16,064 nt of DNA, from positions 1 through 16,064 of the forward strand of contig CBFFRQ010000185.1 in NCBI GenBank assembly GCA_965644315.1. The letters are read 5' to 3'. The translations under genes and the position numbers were made by a program. The DNA comes from Caecitellus pseudoparvulus (taxonomy: Eukaryota; Protista; Bigyra: Bicosoecida). Positions 14,701 through 16,064 of the stretch are shown piece by piece. Position 1 is the stretch's first letter; every line of letters starts with the position of its first letter. Below the pieces are notes generated by a model. The model was given only the letters and a program-made list of their open reading frames with translations, was not told the DNA's origin and made no database searches.

Positions 14701-15997
14701 ACACACGCCACGCCGACACCCTTGCCAGAACACGCAACGCAGCCGCCTCAGCCGCTCACTCACCTTCCGACGCCGGGCCTGCCGCCACGCCAGGTAGTCG
14801 TACGCATTCTCCTCTGCCAGGCAGTGATACCGCCGCTGCAAACAGCTCAGACATGAACATTTGCCCGCTTCTGCCGCCGGCACACACCTTTTGCCGTGGT
14901 ACCCAGTCCCGTGCCCGTGCTTATCCTCACGTGCCCGACTCTCGCTCACCAGGCGTTCCAAGTCTCGAGGGCGGAAGGCCCGCTCACCGTAGACAGCCGG
15001 GTCCAGGTGAGGCAGCAGCCCTCCCCTCTCCGTCGCCTCCATGTGCGCCACCAGTGCCTCCGCCTTGGCCACGCCCTTGCAGAAGGCGTACGGTTCCACG
15101 TACGCCGAGCACTCACGCAGGCCTGCCAAGGCATCACTGTACTGCGGCGGCAGTGCATCACTCCCACCCTCCACCGCCACCTTCACGAAGATCAACACCG
15201 TCGCACAGTGCAGCGCAGCATGTGGGGACAGAGCCGGGTGCGCCAGGCTTGCCAATACTCGCCGCTTCTGCGACGGGCGGGTGAGCAAGCGAGGAGAGGC
15301 GTGGCAAAGCTGCCGCCCGGTACGTGGCCGATGCGCCCACGCACAAGGATCCATGACCACGATATGCTTCCTGTCGCTAAGCACATCTGCAGCAGCCGCT
15401 TCACTCTCGGATGTAGGATGGAGCTCCGGAAGCCCAGAAAAGACACATCCTGCGCAGCAACACACACGCCACCAGGGCGCAACTCGATCCATGACACCGA
15501 CGATGGCACCCAGCACCGCCCACACCCACCTTCCACAGTGACACGTCCTCCCATCCCAAGCCCTGCGCACGCCCAGCGCACGCCCTCCCTGTGGACTGCG
15601 GCCCCAACACACAAACACCGCCGCCGCCGTCACACCACTCCGCCATGCCACGCACCTTCGGCATGTCCGACACCGTCCGCGGACGCCACTGTGCAGACAG
15701 TGCTCGCGGCTCACCGTGCAGTGCCGCGAAGCCCGTGCGCTTCACGCCCTCCAACCGCTCCACCTGCGCCGCTGACTCTCCACACTCCTCGCCACCACGC
15801 CCTGCGCCCACGCTCTGACCGTCGCCAGCACACGCTGCGCCACACTTCCTCTTGCAGGGACTGGCCTGGCCTCCCGCCAACCTGCGCTTCGCGCCCCCCA
15901 CGGCGCTCACCCTGCCCGCCTGCGTTGCAGGCGCTGCAGCGTGCCTCAAACTGCGCCGGCACGCCACGCCGGACTGACTCGTGCCCACACAGCTCAT
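11770..15997 (-). CDS. Large C2H2 zinc-finger protein (4 tandem plus 1 divergent finger) with a ~900-aa unassigned central region; spliced (ZF gene 3)
   Basis: Open frame 11770-15714 ends in fingers. The homologous N-terminus MSCVGTSQSG starts at ATG 15997 in another frame. Removing GT..AG 15714-15450 joins the two in frame. Confidence 0.8.
11773..12102 (-). repeat. 87-bp coding minisatellite (4 zinc fingers)
   Basis: First Cys codons at 12102 and 11841 are 3 x 87 bp apart. Confidence 0.93.
15450..15714 (-). other. Predicted spliceosomal intron region of ZF gene 3 (one 265-nt intron, or three introns of 26, 60 and 80 nt)
   Basis: Donor G|GTGAGC at 15714 and acceptor TTGCTGCGCAG| at 15450, both phase 1. 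Internal sites CACAG| 15689, AAG|GTGCGT 15655, CGCAG| 15596 and AAG|GTGGGT 15529 are also all phase 1. Confidence 0.6.
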
Positions 15998-16064
15998 GAT
16001 GACTGTGGGAGGAGGCAATGTGCATTGTTGGGCGTGCAGTGTGATCAATGTGCGGTGTGTGCAG

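Noticed and set aside
11770-15997. PRDM9 ortholog
   Set aside because: No recognisable PR/SET, KRAB or SSXRD motifs; the resemblance is only in how the finger array evolves.

Overview
GC-rich eukaryotic (probably protist) DNA; the host taxon cannot be determined from this window. Most of the window is a tandem array of a two-gene unit: a ~159-aa Ala/Gly-rich hydrophobic ORF (+) facing a C2H2 zinc-finger gene (-) tail-to-tail. The three finger genes carry 11, 8 and 4 tandem 87-bp fingers that differ mainly at DNA-contact positions -1/+3/+6, while the rest of the unit is highly similar between copies. The third gene also has about 900 aa that I cannot assign to any family, and it needs splicing to be intact. 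Inside the array (5832-10797) is a young-looking Ngaro-like tyrosine-recombinase retrotransposon: gag-like ORF, RT, RNase H and YR, with split direct repeats A1...B1-A2-B2. It replaces most of one array unit and lies between two inward-facing putative host promoters. All assignments come from motif reading by eye; no searches were run.
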